Assembly (NCBI GenBank): GCA_018716065.1
Contig: DVKJ01000037.1
Span: 1-54,239, forward strand
Source: Candidatus Pelethosoma merdigallinarum
Lineage (GTDB): Bacteria; Bacillota_I; Bacilli_A; RF39; UBA660
Reading direction: 5' to 3'
DNA length: 54,239 nucleotides
The notes under the pieces: generated by a model
Database searches by the model: none
What the model was told of the DNA's origin: nothing
The model's input: only the letters and a program-made list of their open reading frames with translations
Shown here: positions 10,607-20,320 of the stretch, one piece after another
Layout: each line of letters opens with the position of its first letter
Position numbering within the stretch: position 1 is the first letter of the stretch
Position numbers and translations under genes: made by a program

Positions 10607-11476
10607 TTAAATAAACGTTTTCCATGGTTTTAGTAAATTTTCATTTTTTTCATATTTTTTATAAATACTTAATAAATGATCCTCTGAATCCACCATTACA
10701 ACAATTTCTTGGTGCGTTTCATTGGAAAAGAATTGACCATATTTTATTTTTTTGATTTCTTCTTCAGACACTACTTTCTTAGGATAATGAGAAACTAAAT
10801 CGAACATTGGTTGAATCTGAACCTCTCCTCTTTCTAATGCTTCTAAAGAAAGACAATCTTCCAGTTTAAAATCACCTTGTTTGGTTCGCACTAAATCGGT
10901 CATCATTCCATACGTGTGTAACGCTAAGGCAAGATCGCGAATTAAACTACGAATATAAGTTCCTTTACTGACTAAGGCACGAAACTGAAAATATGTTTTT
11001 CCATGGTGATACCAAGGTTCACCTTCTAAAGATAGATGATAAATTGTTACTTCTTTTTTAGGGAGCGTTACATTTTCTTTCGCACGCGCATATTCGTAAC
11101 ACTTTCTTCCCTTTACTTTTACTGCGGAATATAGTGGCACTTCTTGCATATAAGTTTTTTGGAAAGTGTGTAACGCATGTTCAATCTCTTCTTTCGTAAT
11201 CATCGCTTCTTGTTCATTTAATACCGTTCCTGTTTCATCCAATGTATCTGTTTCTACACCCAGACATACGGTTGCGACATATTCCTTTTCCGTACTCGTG
11301 ACTAACTCAACTAATTTAGTCGCTTTTCCAATACATAGTACTAATACACCGGACGCAATAGGATCCAAAGTTCCTGTATGCCCTACTTTTTTGGTTTGTA
11401 ACACTCGGCTTGCTATATTAACCACATCACGGCTTGTCATACCTTTTTCTTTATTCACTAACAAATAACCATTCAT
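10607..11476 (-). CDS. truB: tRNA pseudouridine(55) synthase
   Basis: KVGHTGTLDPIASGVL and VSKGTYIRSL; start taken at MNGYLLVNK. Confidence 0.97.
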   Translation of the reverse strand: MNGYLLVNKEKGMTSRDVVNIASRVLQTKKVGHTGTLDPIASGVLVLCIGKATKLVELVTSTEKEYVATVCLGVETDTLDETGTVLNEQEAMITKEEIEHALHTFQKTYMQEVPLYSAVKVKGRKCYEYARAKENVTLPKKEVTIYHLSLEGEPWYHHGKTYFQFRALVSKGTYIRSLIRDLALALHTYGMMTDLVRTKQGDFKLEDCLSLEALERGEVQIQPMFDLVSHYPKKVVSEEEIKKIKYGQFFSNETHQEIVVMVDSEDHLLSIYKKYEKNENLLKPWKTFI

Positions 11477-11563
11477 AATAACTTCTCGCTTTCTTTTTCT
11501 CTTTATCTGTATTATACTATAATTATCTAAGATTTGATGCATTTATTGAAAGATGGTGAATTT

Positions 11564-12040
11564 ATGAGTTTTAATGAATACCAAGACATGTACGAAAAGT
11601 GTCAAGATTATGCGCCTTATCACATGTTTCTATATGATTTAAAAAACAGTAAACAAATCACTGATCCCAGGCGTCAACAACAATTAAAAAACTTACTTTA
11701 CCACGTGTATCACAAAATAGAAAAACTTGAACAAAAAACACATCAAGTTATATTACATCGTTCTCCTCTTTTTTCTTCCCACTCATTTGGTTATTTACAA
11801 GAACCTTTTCTGATTGATGGTGATACGATTGGATTTACTGTACTAAGAGGTCAAATAAATGAAGAACTAGTAGATTTTATTTTTGAGGAAACGAAAAAAG
11901 AGTTACAAATTCCTTATGAGTTTCACAAAGCTCATGGATTTTATGAAACAGATGAGTACGCAGAAGGGAATCATCTCTATTTTCGAGGATATTTAATTCA
12001 ACAATTGAATACGAAACATAAGAAAAAATTCACAAAATAG
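11564..12040 (+). CDS. Hypothetical protein with SatD/cyclase-like D-x-x-x-S ... GD pattern
   Basis: MFLYDLKNSK and FLIDGDTIGF segments; GGTGA RBS. Confidence 0.6.
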   Translation: MSFNEYQDMYEKCQDYAPYHMFLYDLKNSKQITDPRRQQQLKNLLYHVYHKIEKLEQKTHQVILHRSPLFSSHSFGYLQEPFLIDGDTIGFTVLRGQINEELVDFIFEETKKELQIPYEFHKAHGFYETDEYAEGNHLYFRGYLIQQLNTKHKKKFTK

Positions 12041-12048
12041 TGAATTTT

Positions 12049-12744
12049 TTAGTTATCACGATTGTCTAAAATAATGATGAGACGAAGTAAGTTTAAGATT
12101 GTGGAAGCCAAGGCAGCTACATAAGTAAGCGCCGCAGCTTGTAACATCTGTTTGGATGAATTTTGTTCTTCTTCGTCTACTAAGGACAATTGTTTTAATT
12201 GTGCGAGCGCACGTTTAGACGCATCTAATTCCACTGGTAGTGTAACTAATTGAAATAACAAAGTCGCACATAATACTAAAATACTTAGTTTGATATATCC
12301 TGTAATTCCAGCAAAAATAGAAACGATTAATCCAAAATAACCTAAATAAGTTACAAAATTAACAAATGGAACTAAGGCACTTCGAATACGCATCATCGTA
12401 TAACCTACTTTATCTTGGATCGCATGTCCGCATTCATGAGCTGCGACACTAAGAGACGCAATACTGGTTCCATGAAACACTTCATGGGATAAACGAACCA
12501 CTTTACGACTTGGATCATAGTGATCCGTTAATTCACCGCGAACCTCTACAATATAAATATCCTTAAGTCCATTCTCATCTAAAATACGTCTTGCGACTTC
12601 TTGTCCAGATAAATTTCCTTTGCTTTTGACACGTTTAAATTTGTTATAAGCACTCGTGATTTTAGCTTGAGCCGCAACAACAACGATAAACGCAAGTATT
12701 AATAGTCCATATGTTAATAAATTATCTAATCCAAAATATATCAT
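12049..12744 (-). CDS. YugP-like membrane zinc metallopeptidase
   Basis: LTDHYDP, VAAHECGHAIQ, LVTLPVELDAS.RA, AAALTYVAA. Confidence 0.93.
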   Translation of the reverse strand: MIYFGLDNLLTYGLLILAFIVVVAAQAKITSAYNKFKRVKSKGNLSGQEVARRILDENGLKDIYIVEVRGELTDHYDPSRKVVRLSHEVFHGTSIASLSVAAHECGHAIQDKVGYTMMRIRSALVPFVNFVTYLGYFGLIVSIFAGITGYIKLSILVLCATLLFQLVTLPVELDASKRALAQLKQLSLVDEEEQNSSKQMLQAAALTYVAALASTILNLLRLIIILDNRDN

Positions 12745-12754
12745 TTATTCACCT

Positions 12755-14149
12755 CTATACTAATTCGAATATTGTTCCTTCTCTGGTATCTTTTATTTGT
12801 ACATGTTTTTTAGAAAGTTCCTCACGAATTTGATCGGCTTTGGCAAAGTCTTTATTTTGTTTTGCAAGTTTTCTCTCTCCAATCTTTTCTAAAATCCATT
12901 TTTCAAATTCTTCATCAATTTCTTGTTTATTCTCTTTTAATAAATCAAGAGATAAAACTTGGTCGAATTCTTCGATTAAAGAACGTTTTGTGTAATCATT
13001 TAATTCTGATTTCAATACATCATAGACAACGGTTAAAGCACTAGAAGTATTTAAATCGTTCTCTAAAGCTTGGCGAAATTTTTCTTGATAGGTCTTTCCT
13101 TCTTCTTGAAAAACATCTTTTTCTGATTTTAAATTTAAAACACGTTTACGTAACTTATAGTACTCATTTTGGGCACTACTTAGAGAATCATAACTAAACA
13201 CTAATTGATTACGATAATGACTCTTTAAACAAAAATAACGATAACTTAATGGATCATATCCTTTTTCTTCTAATAAAGAAACCGTTAAAAACTCTCCTTT
13301 TGATTTACTCATCTTTCCAGAACTGTCATTTAAGTGTTCTCCATGACACCAATATTTACACCAAGGATGTCCTAAATAAGCCTCACTTTGAGCAATTTCA
13401 TTGGTGTGATGCGGAAAGATATTATCAACTCCTCCACAATGAATATCTAAGTATTCTCCTAGATAAGCAATCGAAATGCAAGAACATTCAATGTGCCAAC
13501 CAGGGTAACCAACACCCCATGGAGAATCCCATTTCATCGCTTGATCATTAAATTTAGAGCTCGTAAACCATAAACCAAAGTCTGCTGGATTTCGTTTATG
13601 AATATCTTCTTCGACATCATCACGTACTCCAACCATTAAATCTTCCGGATTTTTACCAGATAATGCATAATAATCTTGAGCTTTCGAAACATCAAAATAA
13701 ATATTTCCACCAGAAGAATAAGCAATATCCTTTTTTAATAATACCTCAATCATGTGAATATATTCTGAAATATGATCAGTTGCTTTAGAAACTACTTCTG
13801 GCCACTTAATATTGAGCTTTTCAGTGTCTTTCTTGAAGGCTTCGGTATAAAATTCAGCAAGTTCCCAAACCGTTTTGTGTTCACGTTTCGCACCTTTTAA
13901 CATTTTATCTTCACCTTCATCGGCATCACTTGTCATATGACCAACATCCGTAATATTCATGACACGTTTTACTGGATATCCAATATAACGTAATGTTTTT
14001 TCTAAAATATCTTCAAAAATATACGTGCGCAAATTACCAATATGGGCATAGTGATACACAGTTGGTCCACAAGTATACATCGTAACTAACTCTTTATTAT
14101 GAGGGATAAACTCCTCTACTTTATTTCCTAATGTATTATATAGTTTCAT
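12755..14149 (-). CDS. cysS: Cysteine--tRNA ligase
   Basis: MYTCGPTVY, HIGN, PGWHIECS, KMSKS. Confidence 0.98.
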   Translation of the reverse strand: MKLYNTLGNKVEEFIPHNKELVTMYTCGPTVYHYAHIGNLRTYIFEDILEKTLRYIGYPVKRVMNITDVGHMTSDADEGEDKMLKGAKREHKTVWELAEFYTEAFKKDTEKLNIKWPEVVSKATDHISEYIHMIEVLLKKDIAYSSGGNIYFDVSKAQDYYALSGKNPEDLMVGVRDDVEEDIHKRNPADFGLWFTSSKFNDQAMKWDSPWGVGYPGWHIECSCISIAYLGEYLDIHCGGVDNIFPHHTNEIAQSEAYLGHPWCKYWCHGEHLNDSSGKMSKSKGEFLTVSLLEEKGYDPLSYRYFCLKSHYRNQLVFSYDSLSSAQNEYYKLRKRVLNLKSEKDVFQEEGKTYQEKFRQALENDLNTSSALTVVYDVLKSELNDYTKRSLIEEFDQVLSLDLLKENKQEIDEEFEKWILEKIGERKLAKQNKDFAKADQIREELSKKHVQIKDTREGTIFELV

Positions 14150-14181
14150 AATCCACCTCGTTTCAATTATAACACACTTTT

Positions 14182-15132
14182 CTACTTCGGTAAATGAACT
14201 TTAAAAGTCAAGAATGTAATATCGGAAACGATGGTTTGTTCTTTTCCCCTTTTAGTATAATCACCACTCAAATATTTCTTCTGATCATCTGGAAATACCG
14301 TAACTAGTTTTTGATGATCTTGATTTTCTAAAATAGTAGCCAACGCATTCGCACCACTAGAAATACCAACACCTAATCCTAATTCGCGAGCTAACTTACG
14401 ACTCATCTCTAAAGCTTCTTCATCTGAAATAGTAACGATCTGATCAATTTGTTTTGGATTCACTAAATCAGGAATAAAATCATCGCCAATTCCTTCAATC
14501 TTGTGTGATCCTTTGGTGTGTAACTTCAATAAAGACATGTTTTCAGGCTCTAAAGCAATTATTTTAGAACCATATTTTTTCTTAAAATACTCTCCCACTC
14601 CCATTAAAGTACCACCCGTACCGATTCCCGAAATAAAGCCATCTATAGAACCTAATACCTTCTCTATTTCCTTGGCAGTTGTGTGTATATGAGCCTCTTT
14701 GTTCCACTCATTGGAAAACTGATTCAATAAGAAGACTTGATGTTCTTCCGCATATTTTCTAGCTCGTTCAATACACTTTAGAAAACCACCTTCTTCTTTA
14801 GAAACTAAAACAACATTCGCGCCATAACTTTCCATTAAAGAGACACGTTCTCTACTCACCCAATCGGGCATATATATTTGAACCGGATGAGAAAAAAGCG
14901 CACCTAAAGCAGATAATGAAATACCGGTATTTCCACTGGTCGCTTCCACAAGTGGAACACCATCTTTTAATATTCCTTCTTCTTTTGCCTTCTTTAAGAT
15001 ATACCATACCACACGATCTTTAATACTTCCTGTAAAATTATAATATTCTAATTTTGCAAAAAAGCTTCTTTCTTGACCACGAAAACGATAAAAAATTTCT
15101 ACAAGAGGCGTATTTCCAATTAATTCATTCAT
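14182..15132 (-). CDS. cysK: Cysteine synthase family PLP enzyme
   Basis: IGNTPL, GSIKDR, EATSGNTG, GIGTGGT, HKIEGIG; start taken at MNELIGNTP. Confidence 0.9.
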   Translation of the reverse strand: MNELIGNTPLVEIFYRFRGQERSFFAKLEYYNFTGSIKDRVVWYILKKAKEEGILKDGVPLVEATSGNTGISLSALGALFSHPVQIYMPDWVSRERVSLMESYGANVVLVSKEEGGFLKCIERARKYAEEHQVFLLNQFSNEWNKEAHIHTTAKEIEKVLGSIDGFISGIGTGGTLMGVGEYFKKKYGSKIIALEPENMSLLKLHTKGSHKIEGIGDDFIPDLVNPKQIDQIVTISDEEALEMSRKLARELGLGVGISSGANALATILENQDHQKLVTVFPDDQKKYLSGDYTKRGKEQTIVSDITFLTFKVHLPK

Positions 15133-15193
15133 ATAATCACCTATCTTATCATATGATAGTATAAACAAAAATTAATCATTTTTACTATTTTTA

Positions 15194-15222
15194 TTGCACA
15201 TTCTTTTTATTTGTGATATGAT
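15194..15222 (+). promoter_or_regulatory. sigmaA promoter for the tRNA(CAT) gene
   Basis: TTGCAC-N17-TATGAT with a TG extension. Confidence 0.7.
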
Positions 15223-15234
15223 TTAAATGCATGT

Positions 15235-15311
15235 GGACCTTTAGCTCAGTTGGTTAGAGCATCCGGCTCATAACCGGACGGTCGATGGTTCGAGTCCATC
15301 AAGGTCCACCA
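15235..15311 (+). tRNA. tRNA-Ile2 (anticodon CAT, lysidine type; may be labelled tRNA-Met)
   Basis: GGACCTT acceptor stem, AGCTCAGTTGGTTAGAGC D-arm, CTCATAA loop, GGTTCGAGTCC T-arm and encoded CCA. The GGACCTTTAGCTCAG start is typical of the Bacilli Ile2 tRNA. Confidence 0.93.
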
Positions 15312-15395
15312 GATATGTTTAAAGAAATTTGTCTATCAAGTCTTTTTTATTTTCATCGACCGCCAAAAATAATTATGAATATTTTTCAAAAAATA

Positions 15396-15424
15396 TTGAT
15401 ATATCCACAAATTTGGTATATAAT
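15396..15424 (+). promoter_or_regulatory. sigmaA promoter for tRNA-Leu
   Basis: TTGATA-N17-TATAAT. Confidence 0.75.
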
Positions 15425-15436
15425 GTAATATGTAAC

Positions 15437-15521
15437 GCGGGTGTGGCGAAATTGGTAGACGCACTAGACTTAGGATCTAGCGCTTTACGGCATGGGGGTT
15501 CGAGTCCCTTCACCCGCACCA
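15437..15521 (+). tRNA. tRNA-Leu (TAG)
   Basis: GCGGGTG/CACCCGC acceptor stem, CTAGA-CTTAGGA-TCTAG anticodon arm, long variable arm, CCA end. Confidence 0.97.
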
Positions 15522-15631
15522 TTTGAAATGTAAAAACTTGATTTTTTCAAGTTTTTTTATTTATCTTTATAAATAAAACCTAGTCATTTGACTAGGTTTT
15601 ATAGATTGGCTTGCTTATATAAATCCAAACT

Positions 15632-16987
15632 TTATTTCTTTAGAACATAAGTTTTATGATTATTTTCTTCTTTCGGCTTATCTAAGGAAATACCTTTATA
15701 TTCTCCGGCAAAAATTCGAAATAAAGCTCCACTGATACACTCATCACACACTGTTTTTAAACTACGTGCACCACTTTTTTTCTGAACTGCTAAGTCTGCA
15801 ACATATTCTACAAATTCATCTGTAAAATGAAATTCTACATCTAACGTTTCAAATAATTTTTTATAAGTATTTAATGGGCTAAAATTAGACTCTTTTAATA
15901 TTTTAATAATATCTTCTTTTGTTAGTGGATTCATCGCAATGGTTTTTGAAAATCTTCCCATTAACTCTCTCATGATTCCATAATTCGTAAAATCTTCTGT
16001 TTTTAGATGTTTGTAATCGTCACCCTCTGTAATTCCTGTAAAGGCTCCAAGTCCAACAATAGTCAATTTAGACGTATCGAACTTTTTATTATCAAAATAA
16101 AATAAGGATCCATCCAATAACTTTAATAGTGATCGTTGAACACCTGATCTAGATACATGAGAGGTGTTATCTGATTTTTCAGATAATTTATCAAATTCAT
16201 CAATAACTAAAATTCCTTTTTCTGCTTTTTCTATATCTTTGTCAGCAGCAAGATACAAATCTTCCAACATATCGGTTATCTTTCTTCCCTGATATCCTGT
16301 TTCAGATAGCGAGGTAGAATCTTCGATCACAATAGGTACTTCATAAATACTAGCAATTCTTTTTAATATTTCAGTTTTACCGGTTCCAGTTGAACCATAA
16401 ATTAAAATATTTTCTTTTAATTTGGAGATTAAATCTAAGTCCAGATTAGAATTAATCACTTTTTGATTTTTATATAACGCTGTTAGTATCTGCATAATTT
16501 GTTCATCCTGTGAAATAATTGTTTCTTTAATTTTCTTATACATAACAGAAATATCTGTTTTAGTATTAAGTTCTTTTTCGTCAAAATCTGATTGATTTCT
16601 ATTATTATTTTCTATATATGTGATTAAATCTTTATTTGATAATGGAATTAGTGTAGTAGTACCCTCTCTTCTTGAATAAAATTGGGCCGTTGATTGAATT
16701 CGGTTTTGTCGAATTTGAGCAAAATTAACACTATTATTATTATCTTCTACAGCACTCATAATATCATCACGCAAAAAAACATATTCTCCCTCATCAGCTT
16801 TTTCATTAATTAAAGTTGCGTACGTTCCACTGTAATCTCCAGTTAATATGTGACATGCAACAACATTTATTCTAGTATCATATACAATACAAGCAGAATA
16901 ATCAATGAATTCAAAAATTTCATATTCCTTCTTTTCATATGTTACGTATTTTTTCTTAAATAAATAACCTGTTATTAAATTCATCAT
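15632..16987 (-). CDS. ClpX-like AAA+ ATPase, divergent paralog
   Basis: IISQDE, NILIYGSTGTGKT (Walker A), SETGYQG, GILVIDEFDK (Walker B), GVQRSLLKLLDG, ELMGRF, GARSL. No N-terminal C4 zinc domain. Confidence 0.88.
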   Translation of the reverse strand: MMNLITGYLFKKKYVTYEKKEYEIFEFIDYSACIVYDTRINVVACHILTGDYSGTYATLINEKADEGEYVFLRDDIMSAVEDNNNSVNFAQIRQNRIQSTAQFYSRREGTTTLIPLSNKDLITYIENNNRNQSDFDEKELNTKTDISVMYKKIKETIISQDEQIMQILTALYKNQKVINSNLDLDLISKLKENILIYGSTGTGKTEILKRIASIYEVPIVIEDSTSLSETGYQGRKITDMLEDLYLAADKDIEKAEKGILVIDEFDKLSEKSDNTSHVSRSGVQRSLLKLLDGSLFYFDNKKFDTSKLTIVGLGAFTGITEGDDYKHLKTEDFTNYGIMRELMGRFSKTIAMNPLTKEDIIKILKESNFSPLNTYKKLFETLDVEFHFTDEFVEYVADLAVQKKSGARSLKTVCDECISGALFRIFAGEYKGISLDKPKEENNHKTYVLKK

Positions 16988-17085
16988 AAAAACGTTCCTC
17001 CATGTATTTGATATTATATCACACCATTGGTAGAATTGAAATATAAAGTTAATACTAATGTGTGTATCAAAAAACAGTTAATTCA

Positions 17086-17514
17086 TTATCTAACCGTTTT
17101 TTTTACTAACGCTTTTTGCTTAGGGTGATTCTTTTCATCATGATTTATAACAGATTGAAATAAAGCATCTGTTTTCTTTTTAAGAATTTCATATTCTTTT
17201 GGATTGACATTAATATTCTTTGAAAAATCTTGTAAGACTACTCCTGTCATCGTTTCTACACGATAACGATGGTTAAAGTCTTTTAAATAATCTTCAATTT
17301 CATCTACAGGTAATTCATGTTCAAAAATAATTCTATATCTTTGTGAATGATTGATACCATGATCACTAAAATTACGAATGATTTTTCCATTCCACGTCTG
17401 AATTTGAATATCCACTAAAGGGCACGTAAAACACTCTTGAATATTACATGCGAAAAAATAATGACATTGATGACTCTCTTTTTCAGCTATGCTTACTATA
17501 CAACCTGGTTCCAT
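17086..17514 (-). CDS. Hypothetical protein (orphan)
   Basis: ORF with AAAGGAG RBS before MEPGC; basic C-terminal tail. Confidence 0.65.
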   Translation of the reverse strand: MEPGCIVSIAEKESHQCHYFFACNIQECFTCPLVDIQIQTWNGKIIRNFSDHGINHSQRYRIIFEHELPVDEIEDYLKDFNHRYRVETMTGVVLQDFSKNINVNPKEYEILKKKTDALFQSVINHDEKNHPKQKALVKKTVR

Positions 17515-17675
17515 AATACGTTCTCCTTTCTTTTTGGTACTGCTTATTGGTATCATAACAGATTTATTTTCCATTTGCAAATGAATTTACCCTTAGATAA
17601 GTTTAGATAACTTTAGTTAATTTCATTTACACATCAAAAAAGAATTTATATAATGCGGGTGTCAGGGGGGATTTT

Positions 17676-19499
17676 TTGAAAAAGACAAACATATTATTGT
17701 TTACTTCTGTGTTATGTTTGGGGTGCAGTGGAATTTATTATGCGAATCAGCCAAAAATTCAAATCTCAGATACACCTAGAAAACAACAGGAAGCAAAACA
17801 AGAAAAAAAGGTGGAAAAAGAAAAAGAAATAACGGCTCTCTTTCAATTAGAAAAAACAGAAACACCACAAAAACGTACGATTACGAGTATTTCTATGAAA
17901 GCTGGGTTTTATGATTTGAATGGGTCAATTTATTTCTTTGACGAATTAGGTATTCCACACACTGGTTTTATTACCTATCAAGGTAATACTTATTACTTGA
18001 TTGGCAAAGAAGGTTTAGCGCACGGTTTTCAAACGATTGATGATCAAATCTATTACTTTGATGATGAAGGAATTATGAAGACAGGTCTTCAAACGATTGA
18101 AGAAAAAAATTACTATTTTGATGAACAAGGAAAGTTGCAAACAGGATTTATTTCTATCGAAGACAAAATACGTTACTTTACCTCATCTGGAGAAAAAACA
18201 GGATTTATTACGATTGGAACAGATACCTTTTATGTTGATTCTAAAAAGGGACGACTAACTTCGTTTCAAACGATTCAAGATCACGAATATTACTTTAATG
18301 ACGATGGAGTGATGCAAGTAGGATTTCAAAATATGGATCAAAAAGATTATTATTTTGATGAAAGTGGAAAAAGAAAAACAGGTTGGATTGAAAAAGAAGA
18401 TGGTACTTACTATCTAAGTGATACTACACTAGCAAAAGGGTTTACAACCATTGATGATCAGACCTATTATTTTGATACGGAAGGAAAAAGACAGTCAGGA
18501 TTCCAAACGATCGATCAAAATACATATTATTTTAAAGAGGATGGCACAATGACAAAAGGATCACTTATTTTAGATGATAAACATTATTATTTTAATCAAG
18601 AAGGTATTAGTCAAATTGGACTGATTAAAGAGAACGATCGTACCTATTATATTACCGAAGATCACTTATTAAAAACAGGATTTCAAGAGATCGATGGAAA
18701 GACTTATTATTTTGATGATTCAGGCAATATGATGACCGGTTTTCAGACGATTAATAATCAGACCTATTACTTTCACACAGATGGAATGATGGCTACAGGT
18801 GAATTACAATTAATTGATAAAAAATATACCTTCAATGATCAAGGAGTACTTATTAAAGAAGAAGAATTAGGGAAAACATTCTTTCATTCTGATGGTAGTA
18901 TCCTAGCAACCAATGCGAAAAAAGTAATCGATGTATCAAAATTCCAAGGTGATATCGATTGGGAAGCCGTTAAGAATAGTGATGTGGATGGGGCGATTCT
19001 AAGACTGGGTTTTGGTAGTTATTCTTTAGATAGTAAATTTGTTCAAAATCTAAATGAAGTCAAAAGACTAGGCATTCCATATGGAATCTATTTGTATAGT
19101 TATGCGGTGGATTCCGCAGGCGCTATGAGTGAGGCAGACTTCGTCTTATCGATGTTAAATCAGTATCAAATTGAACCAGATCTAGGAATCTATTATGATA
19201 TTGAAAGTAATGATATTACATCTTATTTAACCATCATGCATTACGAAGAAATCATTCCAACTTTCTTACAAAAAGTACGTACTTCAGGATACAAGACACA
19301 AGTATATACGTATAAGAGTTTAGCCAATGAAAAATTATATTCTGATAAACTAAAAAAAGAAATCACTTGGATTGCTCAATACAATGATCGTTGTACTTGG
19401 GATGGATATTATGAAGGATGGCAATATACTTCTTCTGGCAATGTTCCTGGTATCTATGGAAATGTCGATATTAGTATTTTTGGAAATTTTGTTCGCTAA
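17676..19499 (+). CDS. Secreted GH25 muramidase with cell-wall-binding (choline/glucan-binding-type) repeats
   Basis: N-terminal hydrophobic segment, many ~20 aa TGFQTIDxxxYYFDxxG repeats, and C-terminal IDVSKFQG, YYDIE, WIAQY, WQYTS and VDIS motifs. Confidence 0.92.
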   Translation: MKKTNILLFTSVLCLGCSGIYYANQPKIQISDTPRKQQEAKQEKKVEKEKEITALFQLEKTETPQKRTITSISMKAGFYDLNGSIYFFDELGIPHTGFITYQGNTYYLIGKEGLAHGFQTIDDQIYYFDDEGIMKTGLQTIEEKNYYFDEQGKLQTGFISIEDKIRYFTSSGEKTGFITIGTDTFYVDSKKGRLTSFQTIQDHEYYFNDDGVMQVGFQNMDQKDYYFDESGKRKTGWIEKEDGTYYLSDTTLAKGFTTIDDQTYYFDTEGKRQSGFQTIDQNTYYFKEDGTMTKGSLILDDKHYYFNQEGISQIGLIKENDRTYYITEDHLLKTGFQEIDGKTYYFDDSGNMMTGFQTINNQTYYFHTDGMMATGELQLIDKKYTFNDQGVLIKEEELGKTFFHSDGSILATNAKKVIDVSKFQGDIDWEAVKNSDVDGAILRLGFGSYSLDSKFVQNLNEVKRLGIPYGIYLYSYAVDSAGAMSEADFVLSMLNQYQIEPDLGIYYDIESNDITSYLTIMHYEEIIPTFLQKVRTSGYKTQVYTYKSLANEKLYSDKLKKEITWIAQYNDRCTWDGYYEGWQYTSSGNVPGIYGNVDISIFGNFVR

Positions 19500-19523
19500 A
19501 AAAGAGAATTTTTTCATTCTCTT

Positions 19524-19943
19524 TTATTTTTGAATCATATTTAATAAATTAATTTTGAAGATATCTTTATCGGCATGTTCTTTAGAAACCATAACTCCTT
19601 TGTAGGTTACTAATTCTGATTGATGTCCCTCTGTTAAAATATCTTCTGGCGTTATTTTATCTAACATAATTACTTTATCATTTTCATAAACGTGATAGTG
19701 TAACTTAATATCACCATGAACTTTAGAGAACATTACGTCTGTTGGTAATTTTAACTCATACGTTGTTGTTCCTTTTGTTTTATTTGTAGAAATGACTTCA
19801 CCTAAGAATTGTCCATCTTTTAATTTAGGGTAATAATCAAAATATAATTTTTTATACGCTAACATATTATATTTTTTTAATGAACGCTCTAATTTGTGAA
19901 ACTCATTCTCATTGATATAATCAAAGACATATGTTCCTTTCAT
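19524..19943 (-). CDS. Conserved-looking hypothetical protein
   Basis: 139 aa ORF with AGAGGGG RBS; no recognised motif. Confidence 0.75.
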   Translation of the reverse strand: MKGTYVFDYINENEFHKLERSLKKYNMLAYKKLYFDYYPKLKDGQFLGEVISTNKTKGTTTYELKLPTDVMFSKVHGDIKLHYHVYENDKVIMLDKITPEDILTEGHQSELVTYKGVMVSKEHADKDIFKINLLNMIQK

Positions 19944-19979
19944 AAAATCCCCTCTTGCTATAGCGTCAGTGTGTACAAC

Positions 19980-19995
19980 TTTATGATATCATAAA
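19980..19995. promoter_or_regulatory. 16-bp perfect palindrome, candidate operator
   Basis: TTTATGATATCATAAA upstream of the 19524-19943 gene. Confidence 0.35.
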
Positions 19996-20047
19996 TCCAA
20001 AACAAACGCAACGAAATTACTCATATTCCTTGAAAAAAGAGAGGTCT

Positions 20048-20320
20048 TTACACTAAATCAATAAGTACAATAGTACAACCATCATTATAATAATTTGTTT
20101 TATATTCTTTTACTACTTTACTACGTCTTAAGGTTTCATGAACAGCTTGTTTCACAACTCCACTCCCTCGTCCATGAACAATAGTAAAAACTTCATTCTT
20201 TAACTTTTTATTTTCTCTGATAAAATCCTCTGTTGCAACACGGGCGGTTTCACGATCATATCCATGTAAATCAATGCTAGGATAGCGATCGACAAACATC
20301 ACACTATTTAGATTTTCCAT
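20048..20320 (-). CDS. Stand-alone Smr/MutS2 domain protein
   Basis: IDLHG, IVHGRGSGV, NDGCTIV. Confidence 0.92.
   Translation of the reverse strand: MENLNSVMFVDRYPSIDLHGYDRETARVATEDFIRENKKLKNEVFTIVHGRGSGVVKQAVHETLRRSKVVKEYKTNYYNDGCTIVLIDLV

Noticed and set aside
15329-15526. 65-aa ORF on the plus strand
   Set aside because: It spans the tRNA-Leu gene and its promoter.
17655-17662. GCGGGTGT matching the 5' end of tRNA-Leu, as a possible att repeat
   Set aside because: Only 8 bp, it matches the 5' rather than the 3' end, and there is no adjacent integrase.
17900-18860. Nucleotide repeats within the GH25 gene as a DGR template or array
   Set aside because: They are explained by protein-level wall-binding repeats, and the differences show no evident adenine-specific pattern.
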